Assembly: GCA_035292445.1 (NCBI GenBank)
Contig: DATDQB010000023.1
Coordinates: 25,533-89,532, forward strand
Length of the DNA stretch: 64,000 nucleotides
Origin: Candidatus Omnitrophota bacterium
GTDB lineage: Bacteria; Omnitrophota; Gorgyraeia; Zapsychrales; Zapsychraceae
Direction: 5' to 3'
Below the pieces are notes generated by a model that did not search any database, was not told where the DNA came from, and saw nothing but the letters and a program-made list of their open reading frames with translations. This document shows, in pieces, positions 8,254-18,545 of the stretch. Both the position numbers and the translations under genes were made by a program. The first letter of the stretch is position 1. Each line of letters begins with the position of its first letter.

Positions 8254-9264
8254 ATGATCTGGGATTTTCAAAAAATTCAGCAGGAGCTTGAAGAGGAAGC
8301 AGGCGGTGTTAATGACGGCCAGAACCTCGAGGCCTTTCGGATAAAGTATTTAGGCAAGAAAGGGCTCATCCAGCAGATCTATTCTTCTCTCTCTTCTTTG
8401 CCTTCCGACCAAAAGCCCTTGGTCGGTAAAGGCGTCAATGCCCTAAGAAGCCGCGTTACCCAAATTATCGAAGACAAAAAGACGGCGATCAAACAAAAGG
8501 AAAAACGGTCTTCCCAAACCGATCTGGATGTAACGCTGCCGGGCGTCGCCCATCGCATCGGTCATCAGCACATTCTCACCCAAACCATCGATGAGATATG
8601 TTCGATCTTTGAGCGCATGGGGTTTGCGGTCCAGGAAGGCCCGGAAATCGAGCACGAGTTCAACAACTTTACCGCTCTTAATATTCCGGCGGACCACCCT
8701 TCCCGCGACAGCTTTGATACGTTCTATTTGGATTTAAAAGACCCACACGACAAAAAAGCCAACTTACTGTTGCGCAGCCACACCTCTCCGGGCCAGATCC
8801 GTATTATGGAAAACCATAAACCGCCTTTTGCCGTTGTGATCCCGGGGAAAGTGTATAGGCCCGATGCGGTGGACGCCAGCCATTCGTTCATGTTCCATCA
8901 GATCGAGGGGCTCCTGGTTGATAGCGACGTTAAGTTCTCTGACCTTAAGGGGTTGTTGACGCATTTTTGTAAGAAGCTTTTTGGTGAAGACATTGAAATG
9001 CGCTTTCGTCCGCACTTTTTCCCTTTCACCGAACCGTCCGCCGAGGTCGATATTTCATGGAAAGGCGGAAAAAAGAAATGGCTTGAGATCATGGGTTGCG
9101 GCATGGTGCATCCGAAAGTGTTTGAGGCCGTCGGTTATCCGAAAGGAAAATATACGGGGCTTGCTTTCGGCTTGGGGGTTGAGCGCATCGCCATGCTTAA
9201 GCACGGCATTGCGGACATCCGGGTGTTTTTTGAAAACGATAAACGGTTTTTGGAGCAATTTTAG
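8254..9264 (+). CDS. pheS: Phenylalanyl-tRNA synthetase alpha subunit
   Basis: NFTALNIPADHPSRD, LLRSHTSPGQIR, FHQIEGL, FRPHFFPFTEPSAEVD, AFGLGVERIAM. Confidence 0.98.
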   Translation: MIWDFQKIQQELEEEAGGVNDGQNLEAFRIKYLGKKGLIQQIYSSLSSLPSDQKPLVGKGVNALRSRVTQIIEDKKTAIKQKEKRSSQTDLDVTLPGVAHRIGHQHILTQTIDEICSIFERMGFAVQEGPEIEHEFNNFTALNIPADHPSRDSFDTFYLDLKDPHDKKANLLLRSHTSPGQIRIMENHKPPFAVVIPGKVYRPDAVDASHSFMFHQIEGLLVDSDVKFSDLKGLLTHFCKKLFGEDIEMRFRPHFFPFTEPSAEVDISWKGGKKKWLEIMGCGMVHPKVFEAVGYPKGKYTGLAFGLGVERIAMLKHGIADIRVFFENDKRFLEQF

Positions 9265-9267
9265 AAT

Positions 9268-11310
9268 ATGAAAGTCAGTTTAAACTGGTTAAAAGATTAC
9301 GTCACCCCCGGCATAGGCGCCGAAGAGCTGGCGCATCGTCTTACGATGGCTGGTTTGGAGGTGGAAACCATTCATTCGGCCGATGGGGATAAGGTTTTTG
9401 AAATCGAGGTTACGCCCAACCGGGCTGATTGTTTGAGTATGGTGGGCATCTCCCGCGAAGTCGCGGCAATTTTAAATAAAACAAGAAAACCGCCGAGGAT
9501 CAAGGATACTTCTTATCCAAAGATAAAATGCGAAATTGCTATTGAAGATAAGAGCGGGTGTTCGCGCTATATCGGCACCGTTATCGAAGGCGTTACCGTT
9601 GGCCAGGCGCCTGATTGGATGAGAAAAAATTTATCGGTCGTCGGCATTCGCCCGATCAGCAACATCGTTGATATCACCAATTTTTGTTTGATGGAATCGG
9701 GCCAGCCGTTACATGCTTTTGATTACGACAAATTGATCGGCGGGAAAATCGCAGTTCGGCGCGCCAGAAAAGGCGAGAAGATCGTTACGATCGATGGGTT
9801 GGAGCGCGAATTGGATGAAACGATCCTCGTCATTGCCGATAGCAAGCGCCCTGTCGCCATCGCCGGCATTATGGGTGGCAAAGATGCGGAGGTAAACGAA
9901 AAGACCAAAAATATCCTTCTTGAAAGCGCCTATTTCGATCCCATCCTTATCCGGCGGGCGGCCCGCAAGCTGGGGTTGGCCAGCGACTCATCATATCGGT
10001 TCGAACGGGGCGTTGACAGGGGGGGAGTTAAAACCGGCTCTGATAGGGCCGCTTCTTTAATACTCGAAATCGCCAAGGGAAAGGTGACCCGATATGCGGA
10101 TGTTAATATTACCGGCAAGACAAAAACAACAAACAGTATATCCGTTTCGGTTCAAAAGGTTAATCAATATTTGGGCGCCGATATCCTTTCGGGCCGGTGT
10201 CAGACGATCTTAAAAAAGCTGGATTTTAAAGTTGCTGCGCGGGGTAAGGGCGGGCTGCTTGTCCAGCCGCCTTCAACGAGGCCGGATGTGAAGTTGGATG
10301 TCGATGTGATCGAGGAAATTGCCCGCATTGAAGGTTATGACCGGCTTCCCACCAGCTTTCCGACGATAAAAATATCCGATATCCCGCTTGATGAAAAGAG
10401 ATTTTTAAGAGAAAAGATCAGAAAAGCATTGATAGCCCAGGGATTCGATGAGGTGATCACCTATTCCATGACGAATCGGGAGGTTTTAGTCAAGGCCAAG
10501 CAGAACGATATTAAAAGCGTCAAAGTCATTAATCCTTTAACGCAAGAGCAGGAAGTCATGCGCCCGAGCTTGTTGCCCGGGCTTCTTAACACTGTTTCAT
10601 TCAACATTAATCGTGCCCAAAAGGATCTGAAAATTTTTGAAGCGTCGAAGATATATCGGGATGAAGGTGAAATTGAAGCGCTTGGGATCATGATGACAGG
10701 CATGGCCTCGGAGGATTGGAGGCAGGCAAAGAAACAACACGTCGATTTTTACGATATAAAGGGAGCTATTGTTAAGGCGATCCGATATGTGTTGGGTTGC
10801 CGCCCCATGGTTTTCGTGCCGTTGCAAGAAAATTTTTTGGAGCCCGGCCTGTCAGCGGCTGTTGAGCTCGATGGTTCAGTTATAGGTTTAATCGGGAAGG
10901 TGGAAGAGGGGGTTTTAAACAGTTTTGATATCAAGAATGCGGATGTTTGGTTTGCCCAAATCGAGTTAAAAAACATTATTTCCCGAAAGCCGCTCAAGCG
11001 GGCTTATCAAACGATTTCTCCTTATCCGGCGATCGTGAGGGATGTCAGCTTGACGATAGATAAGAGATATTTCTATCAACAACTCGTTGAAATCATCAAA
11101 GAAAAGGGCCTAAAAAATCTCGTAGAAATTCATTTTAAAGAGGACTATACTAATATGGTCCGTGATAAAATTGCCTCGCATCACCGGGGCATCTTGCTCT
11201 CTCTGGTTTATCAGTCCGCCGAACGCACCCTTCAAGAAGCCGAGGTCAATAATGACCACCAAAAACTTCTTAAGGCTCTGGTAGAGCGGTTACAAGTAGT
11301 GATCCGATAA
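9268..11310 (+). CDS. pheT: Phenylalanyl-tRNA synthetase beta subunit (short form without the B2 OB-fold)
   Basis: MKVSLNWLKDY, TPNRADCLS, VDITNF...GQPLHAFD, SSYRFERGVD, IEEIARIEGYD, C-terminal FDX-ACB. Confidence 0.96.
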   Translation: MKVSLNWLKDYVTPGIGAEELAHRLTMAGLEVETIHSADGDKVFEIEVTPNRADCLSMVGISREVAAILNKTRKPPRIKDTSYPKIKCEIAIEDKSGCSRYIGTVIEGVTVGQAPDWMRKNLSVVGIRPISNIVDITNFCLMESGQPLHAFDYDKLIGGKIAVRRARKGEKIVTIDGLERELDETILVIADSKRPVAIAGIMGGKDAEVNEKTKNILLESAYFDPILIRRAARKLGLASDSSYRFERGVDRGGVKTGSDRAASLILEIAKGKVTRYADVNITGKTKTTNSISVSVQKVNQYLGADILSGRCQTILKKLDFKVAARGKGGLLVQPPSTRPDVKLDVDVIEEIARIEGYDRLPTSFPTIKISDIPLDEKRFLREKIRKALIAQGFDEVITYSMTNREVLVKAKQNDIKSVKVINPLTQEQEVMRPSLLPGLLNTVSFNINRAQKDLKIFEASKIYRDEGEIEALGIMMTGMASEDWRQAKKQHVDFYDIKGAIVKAIRYVLGCRPMVFVPLQENFLEPGLSAAVELDGSVIGLIGKVEEGVLNSFDIKNADVWFAQIELKNIISRKPLKRAYQTISPYPAIVRDVSLTIDKRYFYQQLVEIIKEKGLKNLVEIHFKEDYTNMVRDKIASHHRGILLSLVYQSAERTLQEAEVNNDHQKLLKALVERLQVVIR

Positions 11311-11313
11311 TAA

Positions 11314-11454
11314 ATCCCTGCTGTGCGCGTTATTGGCTCAATATAAAGAACCAATACTCTATTAAAGGGAGCCTACCTTCCGGCCCTGCCGGAGCGGCAC
11401 CCACTTGGTGACTAGGTTCACCTTATATGAAAGTCAGACGGCATAAGCGGGGAT
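11314..11454 (+). ncRNA. ssrS: 6S RNA
   Basis: Ends pair (ATCCCTGCT...AGCGGGGAT). Internal GAAC..GGGAGCC..GGCACCCAC..GGTTCA..ACGGCA motifs resemble B. subtilis-type 6S. Lies between pheT and the 5-FCL/rny genes, the usual ssrS neighbourhood. Confidence 0.85.
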
Positions 11455-11465
11455 AAATTTCTTCC

Positions 11466-12860
11466 ATGAAAAGAAAGCCACCCGCCAATTCTTCAAAAGA
11501 AAACCTGTTTTCCCTGGCCAATAAAGAAGCTAATTTCCAAACGACCCCTTTAAGCGCGCGCATGCGCCCCCAATCGCTGGAAGAGTACGCCGGGCAGAAG
11601 CATATTTTAGGAGAGGGGAAGTTGTTCTCCAGGGCCATCGAAGCCGACCGCATCACTTCCCTGATCCTTTATGGCCCGCCGGGAGTGGGGAAAACGACGT
11701 TGGCGCATCTCATCAGCCAGAAGACCAAATCTTTCTTTGAGCGCATCAACGCCGTTTCTTCCAGCGTTGATGAATTGCGAAAAGTGATCGTCGCCGCCCA
11801 AAACAGGCGCGATACAACGGCGCAGAAAACGATCCTTTTTATCGACGAGATCCATCGGTTCAATAAGGCGCAACAGGATGTCTTGATGCCGGATGTCGAG
11901 GAGGGAAGCATCATTTTGATCGGCGCGACCGTCTTTAATCCGTTTTTCTCGCTGGTCAGCCCGCTTCTTTCGCGATCGTTGGTTTTTGAGTTAAAACCGT
12001 TAAGCGAGGAAGAGATCCTGGCAATTTTACAAAGAGCGTTACGGGATAATAAGCGGGGCTTGGGCGAAATGGAAATCAACGTCGACCAAGAAGCGCTCAA
12101 ATTTTTAGCCAAGGCTTGCGATGGCGATGCCCGCAGGGCCCTGAATGCTTTGGAGGTCGGGTGTTTAACGACCCCAAAGGCCAAGGACGGTCAAATTAAT
12201 TTTACATTAGAGGTAGCCCAGGAATCCATCCAGAAGAAACAAGTCGTTTATGACCGCGACGGCGACCAGCATTATGACACGGCATCGGCGTTTATCAAAT
12301 CCATGCGCGGGTCGGATCCGGACGCGACCCTATATTGGCTGGCCAAGATGATCTATGCCGGGGAAGATCCGCGTTTTATCGTCCGGCGCATCTGTATCTG
12401 CGCGGCCGAAGATGTCGGGTTGGCCGACCCGCAGGCACTGGTCGTGGCCAATGCCGCGCATCAGGTCCTCGAATTTGTCGGCATGCCGGAAGGACGTATT
12501 CCGCTGGCCGAGGCGGCCGTTTATGTGGCCTGCGCGCCCAAATCCAATTCAGCTTACCTGGGCATTGAACAGGCGTTAGACGATGTAAAGAACAACAGGT
12601 CCCAAGAAGTACCCACGCACCTTAAAGATACATCTTATCCCGGAGCCAAAAAGTTGGGCCGCGGCAAAGATTATAAATACGCGCATGATTTTGAAGGGCA
12701 TTTTGTTGAGCAGGATTATATGAGCGTCAAGACCAAATATTACCGGCCCACCCAGATGGGCAAGGAGAAATTCATCAAGGAACGGCTGGATGAGCTGTTA
12801 AAGCAGGGTCAAAATTTGCAGTTGTACAAAAATATAAAAAATGATAATATAGAGCGCTGA
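11466..12860 (+). CDS. rarA: Replication-associated recombination protein A (RarA/MgsA)
   Basis: PLSARMRP, GPPGVGKTT, FIDEIHRFNKAQQD, SAFIKSMRGSDPDA, EDVGLADP. Confidence 0.97.
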   Translation: MKRKPPANSSKENLFSLANKEANFQTTPLSARMRPQSLEEYAGQKHILGEGKLFSRAIEADRITSLILYGPPGVGKTTLAHLISQKTKSFFERINAVSSSVDELRKVIVAAQNRRDTTAQKTILFIDEIHRFNKAQQDVLMPDVEEGSIILIGATVFNPFFSLVSPLLSRSLVFELKPLSEEEILAILQRALRDNKRGLGEMEINVDQEALKFLAKACDGDARRALNALEVGCLTTPKAKDGQINFTLEVAQESIQKKQVVYDRDGDQHYDTASAFIKSMRGSDPDATLYWLAKMIYAGEDPRFIVRRICICAAEDVGLADPQALVVANAAHQVLEFVGMPEGRIPLAEAAVYVACAPKSNSAYLGIEQALDDVKNNRSQEVPTHLKDTSYPGAKKLGRGKDYKYAHDFEGHFVEQDYMSVKTKYYRPTQMGKEKFIKERLDELLKQGQNLQLYKNIKNDNIER

Positions 12861-12908
12861 TTTTTGAAAACCGAAAGGTTTTCTATCAGCGGATCAAAGA
12901 GAACTTAA

Positions 12909-13469
12909 GTGAAGGATAAAACGAAACAAGACCTTAGAGAGAGGATATTAACCCTTTTAAGGAATCAGAAGGAGGAAGAGCGGATCAAGAAAAGCTTATC
13001 GATCAAAGACAAGCTTTTTAAGACGAAGCTCATTCAGGAAGCAAAGACGATCCTTTTTTATGCGTCATTTGACGGGGAAGTTGATACATTTGAAATGATA
13101 AGACAAGCCAGCCAATTAGGAAAAAGAATCGGGTTACCGATCATTCAAAGCAAACAAAAACAAATAATCCCTGCATTATGGGATGTTCATGAATCCTTGG
13201 TAGAAGGGCCGTACGGCATAAGACAACCGCAAAACCATCCAACGAAACGATTTTCGATGGAAGAACTGGATGCCGTGATAGTTCCCGGAGTCGCTTTTGA
13301 TAGAAATAATCATCGTCTCGGGCGCGGCGGCGGCTATTATGACCGTTTTTTAGCTGTTTTACCCAAGGAAATTCCTACCATTGGCTTGGCTTTTGATTTT
13401 CAATGCATCGATTCTATCCCCGGCTTGGGTGATCACGATGTGCGCCTTTCGCGCGTTGTGACGAATTAA
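12909..13469 (+). CDS. ygfA: 5-formyltetrahydrofolate cyclo-ligase
   Basis: VIVPGVAFDRNNHRLGRGGGYYDRFL, GLAFDFQ, HDV. Confidence 0.95.
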   Translation: MKDKTKQDLRERILTLLRNQKEEERIKKSLSIKDKLFKTKLIQEAKTILFYASFDGEVDTFEMIRQASQLGKRIGLPIIQSKQKQIIPALWDVHESLVEGPYGIRQPQNHPTKRFSMEELDAVIVPGVAFDRNNHRLGRGGGYYDRFLAVLPKEIPTIGLAFDFQCIDSIPGLGDHDVRLSRVVTN

Positions 13470-13542
13470 TCACCCGCTTCCTCCTTCCCAAATAACTAAT
13501 TTATAAGACACAGTCTTGTTATTGATAGAGAGGAGTTTTGTG

Positions 13543-15120
13543 ATGAATCCCGAAATGAACATATATGTTCAAAGTACCATTCTTTCCATTTTTGCCATCG
13601 TGATCTTCTTTGCCGGCTATCTTTTAAGGTGGTTTTTCGCTGGTAAGAAATTAAAAGAGGCCGAAGAAAAAGCCAAGGCGTTGCTCTCCGGCGCCGAGAA
13701 AGAGACTGAGACAAAGAAGAAAGAAATCGAACTTCAAAGCAAGGACATGATGATCAAGCTGCGCCAGGATTTTGAGCGTGAAACCAAAGAGCGCCGCGAA
13801 GAGCTCCTGGCCGCGGAGAAACGCATCCTCCAAAAGGAAGAGAACCTGGATAAGCGGGTCGATCTTTTGGAGAAAAAAGAAAAGGACATCAATCAGCGTT
13901 TAGGGATTTTACAGGAGAATGAAGAGAGCATAAAGAAGAAAACAGAGGAGTTAACCCGCCTCATTGCTGAAGAAAAAGTGCGTCTTCAAAAGATATCCTC
14001 TTTGTCGGAAGAGCAGGCTAAGAATTTGCTTTTATCCCGTCTCGATGAAGAATTGGTGCACGAAAAGGCGGTACGCATTAAAAGGGCAGAGGATGAAATA
14101 AAAGATACGGGCGACAAGCGAGCCAGAGAAATTGTTTCGGTGGCCATTCAGCGCTGCGCCTCCGAGCATACGGCCGGCACAACAGTTTCGGTCGTTATGC
14201 TTCCCAATGACGAGATGAAAGGGCGCATTATCGGCCGCGAGGGCCGTAATATCCGCGCTTTGGAGGCGGCCGCCGGCGTTGATATCATTATCGATGATAC
14301 TCCCGAGGCAGTTACGATTTCAGGTTTTGATATGTACCGGCGGGAAATTGCCCGCATCGCATTGGAAAACCTTATTTCCGATGGGCGCATCCATCCCGGG
14401 CGAATCGAAGAGGTCGTGGAGAAGGCCAAGAAAGAGCTGGAAAACATTATTAAGGAAGAAGGGGAGAAGACGGCGTTTGATCTGGGTATCCATGGCATGC
14501 ATACCGAGCTTTTGAAGCTGGTTGGGAAATTAAAATTCAGGACCAGCTACGGCCAAAACGGTTTGGCGCACACCAAAGAGGTGGCGATTCTTTGCGGGAC
14601 GATGGCGAGCCTATTGGGCTTGGACTCAAAGATCGCCATGCGCGCCGGCTTGCTTCATGACATCGGTAAAGTTGTCAGCCAAGATGTGGAAGAAGGCACG
14701 CACGCCATTGTCGGAGGCACACTAAGCCGTAAATACGGCGAGCGTGAAGAAGTGGCGAATGCGGTCGAGTCGCATCATGAGGAAGTGGAGATGGCCTCCA
14801 TCTATGGGGCTCTTTTATGCGCGGCGGATGCCATCAGCGCCTCCCGTCCCGGAGCCCGCGCGGAAACGCTTGAGACGTACGTGAAGCGGTTGGAAAATCT
14901 GGAGAAGATAGCCAACTCGTTCAAAGGCATCAGTAAAACGTACGCTTTACAGGCCGGCCGCGAGATCCGTATTTTGGTTGACCCGGATAAGATTAACGAT
15001 GATGAGTCTGTTGTTCTGGCCCGCGATATCCGGCAGAAAATCGAAGAGGAAATGGAATATCCGGGACAGATCAAGGTGATTGTTGTTCGGGAAAAACGGG
15101 CCGTGGAGTTTGCCAAATAA
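13543..15120 (+). CDS. rny: Ribonuclease Y
   Basis: N-terminal TM, coiled coil, KH domain (KGRIIGREGRNIR), HD domain (LLHDIGK), AADAISASRPGAR; AGGAG SD before 13543. Confidence 0.97.
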   Translation: MNPEMNIYVQSTILSIFAIVIFFAGYLLRWFFAGKKLKEAEEKAKALLSGAEKETETKKKEIELQSKDMMIKLRQDFERETKERREELLAAEKRILQKEENLDKRVDLLEKKEKDINQRLGILQENEESIKKKTEELTRLIAEEKVRLQKISSLSEEQAKNLLLSRLDEELVHEKAVRIKRAEDEIKDTGDKRAREIVSVAIQRCASEHTAGTTVSVVMLPNDEMKGRIIGREGRNIRALEAAAGVDIIIDDTPEAVTISGFDMYRREIARIALENLISDGRIHPGRIEEVVEKAKKELENIIKEEGEKTAFDLGIHGMHTELLKLVGKLKFRTSYGQNGLAHTKEVAILCGTMASLLGLDSKIAMRAGLLHDIGKVVSQDVEEGTHAIVGGTLSRKYGEREEVANAVESHHEEVEMASIYGALLCAADAISASRPGARAETLETYVKRLENLEKIANSFKGISKTYALQAGREIRILVDPDKINDDESVVLARDIRQKIEEEMEYPGQIKVIVVREKRAVEFAK

Positions 15121-15122
15121 AC

Positions 15123-15935
15123 ATGAAGATTCTTTGCATTGGAGACATTGTTGGCAAACCCGGCCGAGCAGCCGTAGAGGGGCTGCTAGATAAGCTCAAG
15201 AAGAAATACGATATTGAGTTTGTCGTGGCCAACGCCGAAAATACCGCCGGCGGAGCAGGCTTGACGTCGCGGCTAGCGAAGGTGCTTTTTCGGGCCGGTT
15301 GCGATGTCCTGACGTTAGGGGATCATGTCTGGGACCAAAAGGAACTGGAGCAGTATTTAAATACAACCGATAAAGTCATCCGTCCTGCCAATTTCCCCTC
15401 AGGTGTTCCGGGACGCGGCTGGTGTGTCCATGCGACACCATCAGGTCACAAGGTGGGCGTCATCAATCTTTTAGGCCGCGTTTTTATGCGCCACAACGTG
15501 GAATCCCCTTTTATGACCCTTAAGGAAATTGTTAAGCAGATCAAGAAAGAAACACCTATCATTATTGTCGATTTTCACGCGGAGACAACAAGTGAAAAGG
15601 TCGCCATGGGCCATTTTATTGACGGGGAAGTTTCCGCCATTGTCGGCACGCATACCCACATCACCACCAGCGATGAAAAAATCCTTCCCAAGAAGACGGC
15701 TTATATCACCGATCTGGGCATGACAGGGCCGTATGATTCCGTCATCGGGCAGGATAAAGAGGCGATCATCCAGCGGTTCTTAACCAGCATGCCGGTCAAA
15801 TTTCATGTGGCCTCGGGCAATGTCGAGCTGCACGGCGCCGTGATCGATGTCGATGCCAAAAGCGGAAAGGCCGATTCCATCGAGCGGATCAGCTGCCCTT
15901 TCGAATTTGATGAGAAAAAAGCCTCATCCGACTAA
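15123..15935 (+). CDS. ymdB: YmdB-family metallophosphoesterase (TIGR00282)
   Basis: IGDIVGKPGR, NAEN, RPANFP, DFHAETTSEK, GTHTH, TDLGMTGP; follows rny. Confidence 0.96.
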   Translation: MKILCIGDIVGKPGRAAVEGLLDKLKKKYDIEFVVANAENTAGGAGLTSRLAKVLFRAGCDVLTLGDHVWDQKELEQYLNTTDKVIRPANFPSGVPGRGWCVHATPSGHKVGVINLLGRVFMRHNVESPFMTLKEIVKQIKKETPIIIVDFHAETTSEKVAMGHFIDGEVSAIVGTHTHITTSDEKILPKKTAYITDLGMTGPYDSVIGQDKEAIIQRFLTSMPVKFHVASGNVELHGAVIDVDAKSGKADSIERISCPFEFDEKKASSD

Positions 15936-16018
15936 AATGCAGATAAGCCCTTGTCGGGCGAGTTTTCATATATTATAATTTTGGAAGCTAAGGGAATAAT
16001 CAGCCAAAGGAGCCCGGC

Positions 16019-16414
16019 ATGAGTCAATGGGATGGATTAAACAGGCGCCGCTTTCCGCGAGTTAAATTTCCCTGTTTGGTTGTGATTCATCAGAAAGAAG
16101 GCGACAGTAAAGAAACGATTCTTTGCCATACAGAGAATGTCGGCGTGGGCGGAACATGCATCATCATAAAGCAGCATGTTAAATTGTTTGCCCCGGTTGA
16201 TATTGAGCTTGATTTGATGGACATGAAAGAACACGTTAAATGCAAGGGCAAGGTCGTCTGGAACATCCGCCGCAGGAAGGAAACCGACAATAAGCCCTTG
16301 TTTTACGATATCGGCATCGAGTTCGTTGACATCAAGCCGGCAGATCATAAGCGGATAGAGGACGTTATCATTAAATTAGTTAAAGAAAAAAAGGACTCAT
16401 CCTACATCGTTTAA
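16019..16414 (+). CDS. Single-domain PilZ protein
   Basis: RRRFPR (RxxxR), ENVGVGG (D/NxSxxG-like), GKVVW, GIEF. Confidence 0.85.
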   Translation: MSQWDGLNRRRFPRVKFPCLVVIHQKEGDSKETILCHTENVGVGGTCIIIKQHVKLFAPVDIELDLMDMKEHVKCKGKVVWNIRRRKETDNKPLFYDIGIEFVDIKPADHKRIEDVIIKLVKEKKDSSYIV

Positions 16415-16466
16415 CCAAGGCTCACCAACGCGCTGTCAGTCAGCTCCTCATAACGAATTATAAACC

Positions 16467-17735
16467 ATGATAAGAGTCAGATTCGCCCCCAGCCCAACAG
16501 GATATCTTCATATCGGCGGCGCACGAACGGCATTGTTTAATTGGATGTATGCCCGCTCCCAAAACGGGACGTTCATCCTTCGTATCGAAGATACGGACCA
16601 GCAGCGCTCCAAAAAAGAATTTGAGGAAGAAATTTTAACCAGCATGAAATGGCTGGGGCTCCTCTGGGATGAGCTATATCATCAAAGCGAGCGCTTCGAT
16701 GTTTACCGCCAATACGCGGATAAGCTCATCCAGGAAGACAAGGCTTATAAAGACGGCGAAGCCGTCATCCTTAAAATACCCCAACAAGAGATCAAACTGT
16801 TTGATCTGATCAGAGGCGAGATCGCCTTCGATTCGGCCACCATCAAGGATCAGGTCTTGATAAAATCCGATGGCTCCCCGACTTATAGTTTCGCTTGTGT
16901 CGTTGACGATGCCCTTATGGAGATCTCCCACGTGATCCGCGGGGAAGACCACATTTCCAATACGCCCAAGCAGATGATGATCTATCAGGCGCTGGGCCTA
17001 AAAGCGCCGAAATACGCACACCTTCCTCTGATCATGGGCGAGGAAGGCCGTCTCTCCAAAAGGACGGGGGCGGTAGCGGTGAGCGACTATAAGAAAGAAG
17101 GATTCTTACCCGAGGCGCTGGTCAACTACCTCATGCTTCTGGGCTGGTCGCCCGGTGGCAACCAGGAGGTCGTTGATATAAAGACGGCATTAAAGAATTT
17201 TTCCATCAAGAAGGTCAATAAGGCCGCGGCCATCTTTTCCATGGAAAAGCTGGAATGGATCAACGGCCAGTACATCAAAAAAATGGATGATGAAAAATTG
17301 GTGGAAGCGCTCATACCCTTTTTAAAGGACAAAAATTATATTAATGGGAATTTTGATAGAAAACGCCTTAAAAATATAGTAAAACTATTTAAAGGAAGAT
17401 TGTCGACATTGACCGACTTTCTGGAATGGGCGGATTTTGTTTTTGTCGATGAAGTCAAGCCGGATGAAGCCGCCAGAAAAGAGCATTTGTCGGTTAATCG
17501 TGCCAAAGAATTCGAGCTGTTAAGGAAGCGTTTTGCGGCGTTGGATCCTTTTGATGCCCAATCGATCGAGGCAGCCTTTCGGGAGACGGTCGAGGCATTA
17601 GGTCTTAAGTCGGCGGATTTGGTTCATCCGATCCGTGTGGCTTTGACCGGGCGTGCTGTCGGGCCGGGTTTATTTGAGACAATAGAGATTTTGGGTAAAG
17701 AAAAGACTATTCAACGATTATCCAAAGCGTTTTAG
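16467..17735 (+). CDS. gltX: Glutamyl-tRNA synthetase (compact)
   Basis: RFAPSPTGYLHIGGAR, LRIEDTD, HVIRGEDHISNTPKQ, RLSKR, C-terminal anticodon-binding domain. Confidence 0.96.
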   Translation: MIRVRFAPSPTGYLHIGGARTALFNWMYARSQNGTFILRIEDTDQQRSKKEFEEEILTSMKWLGLLWDELYHQSERFDVYRQYADKLIQEDKAYKDGEAVILKIPQQEIKLFDLIRGEIAFDSATIKDQVLIKSDGSPTYSFACVVDDALMEISHVIRGEDHISNTPKQMMIYQALGLKAPKYAHLPLIMGEEGRLSKRTGAVAVSDYKKEGFLPEALVNYLMLLGWSPGGNQEVVDIKTALKNFSIKKVNKAAAIFSMEKLEWINGQYIKKMDDEKLVEALIPFLKDKNYINGNFDRKRLKNIVKLFKGRLSTLTDFLEWADFVFVDEVKPDEAARKEHLSVNRAKEFELLRKRFAALDPFDAQSIEAAFRETVEALGLKSADLVHPIRVALTGRAVGPGLFETIEILGKEKTIQRLSKAF

Positions 17736-17752
17736 GTGCTTAAGGAGAGTCT

Positions 17753-17935
17753 ATGGTTCCTCAGTGGCTGATGTCCGTATATGTGGTCTGTTTTTTGGGT
17801 TTATCGGGCTGCGCTACGGTTGAGGGGACGGCGATGGGTGCGAAAAAGGATGCGGAAGCGGCCTGGGCTTATATGAATGATGAGGACCACTGGATCAAAA
17901 AGACGGATAATTGGATGAAAGAACATTTGTGGTAG
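17753..17935 (+). CDS. Small entericidin-like lipoprotein
   Basis: AAGGAG SD; lipobox LSGC followed by ATVEG..G.KKD. Confidence 0.7.
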   Translation: MVPQWLMSVYVVCFLGLSGCATVEGTAMGAKKDAEAAWAYMNDEDHWIKKTDNWMKEHLW

Positions 17936-17962
17936 CAGGAATCGCTTAAAAGCATTATCATT

Positions 17963-17988
17963 AAGAGGCTAACTTTAGCCTCTTTTTT
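17963..17988 (+). terminator. Intrinsic terminator
   Basis: AAGAGGCTAA-ct-TTAGCCTCTT followed by a T run. Confidence 0.75.
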
Positions 17989-17993
17989 ATTTT

Positions 17994-18545
17994 ATGAAAG
18001 TCTCCCGCAAAGATTTCATTTGTTGTTCGTTTTTTATTATCTTCTGGCTCCTTCCTATTATTTATACCGGATTAACCTATCGGGATACGCCGTTTTTGCC
18101 CAGAACGCTTACATATCTACAGCGCATTTCTCATTTATTCACGCGGATAAGCCCCGTCTGGGAAACTATTTACATCCAGGCCCTTCCCGAGGGTGAGAAA
18201 GGTTGGGTCGTCTTGCCGATGGAGGACTATTTTCGATTGAAACCCTTCGGCTATAGAACGCGGTTATACGAGATGCTGCTTTACTCAAAGGATTTTAAAG
18301 ATTTTAAGAAAGGTGAGGAAGCTTACAAGGCCCGCCAGAAAGAGCTCGCTCATTGGGTTGCCGGCCGATATGCGAAGAGATATCCCCAGCGCCCGCCGCT
18401 ATTAACCGTCCGTTTTGTTGCCGGCATATATACTATCGAAAAGGACCGTACTTTTGAAGGGCGCTGGAAGGATGTTGCGATCGATCATTTTGAGCCCAAA
18501 GATCAATACATTTTTTCGACGCACTATCTAAAAAATGAATTTTGA
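17994..18545 (+). CDS. Membrane-anchored hypothetical protein, probable partner of the HTTM protein
   Basis: N-terminal TM, HLFT motif, aromatic-rich soluble domain; overlaps the HTTM gene. Confidence 0.6.
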   Translation: MKVSRKDFICCSFFIIFWLLPIIYTGLTYRDTPFLPRTLTYLQRISHLFTRISPVWETIYIQALPEGEKGWVVLPMEDYFRLKPFGYRTRLYEMLLYSKDFKDFKKGEEAYKARQKELAHWVAGRYAKRYPQRPPLLTVRFVAGIYTIEKDRTFEGRWKDVAIDHFEPKDQYIFSTHYLKNEF

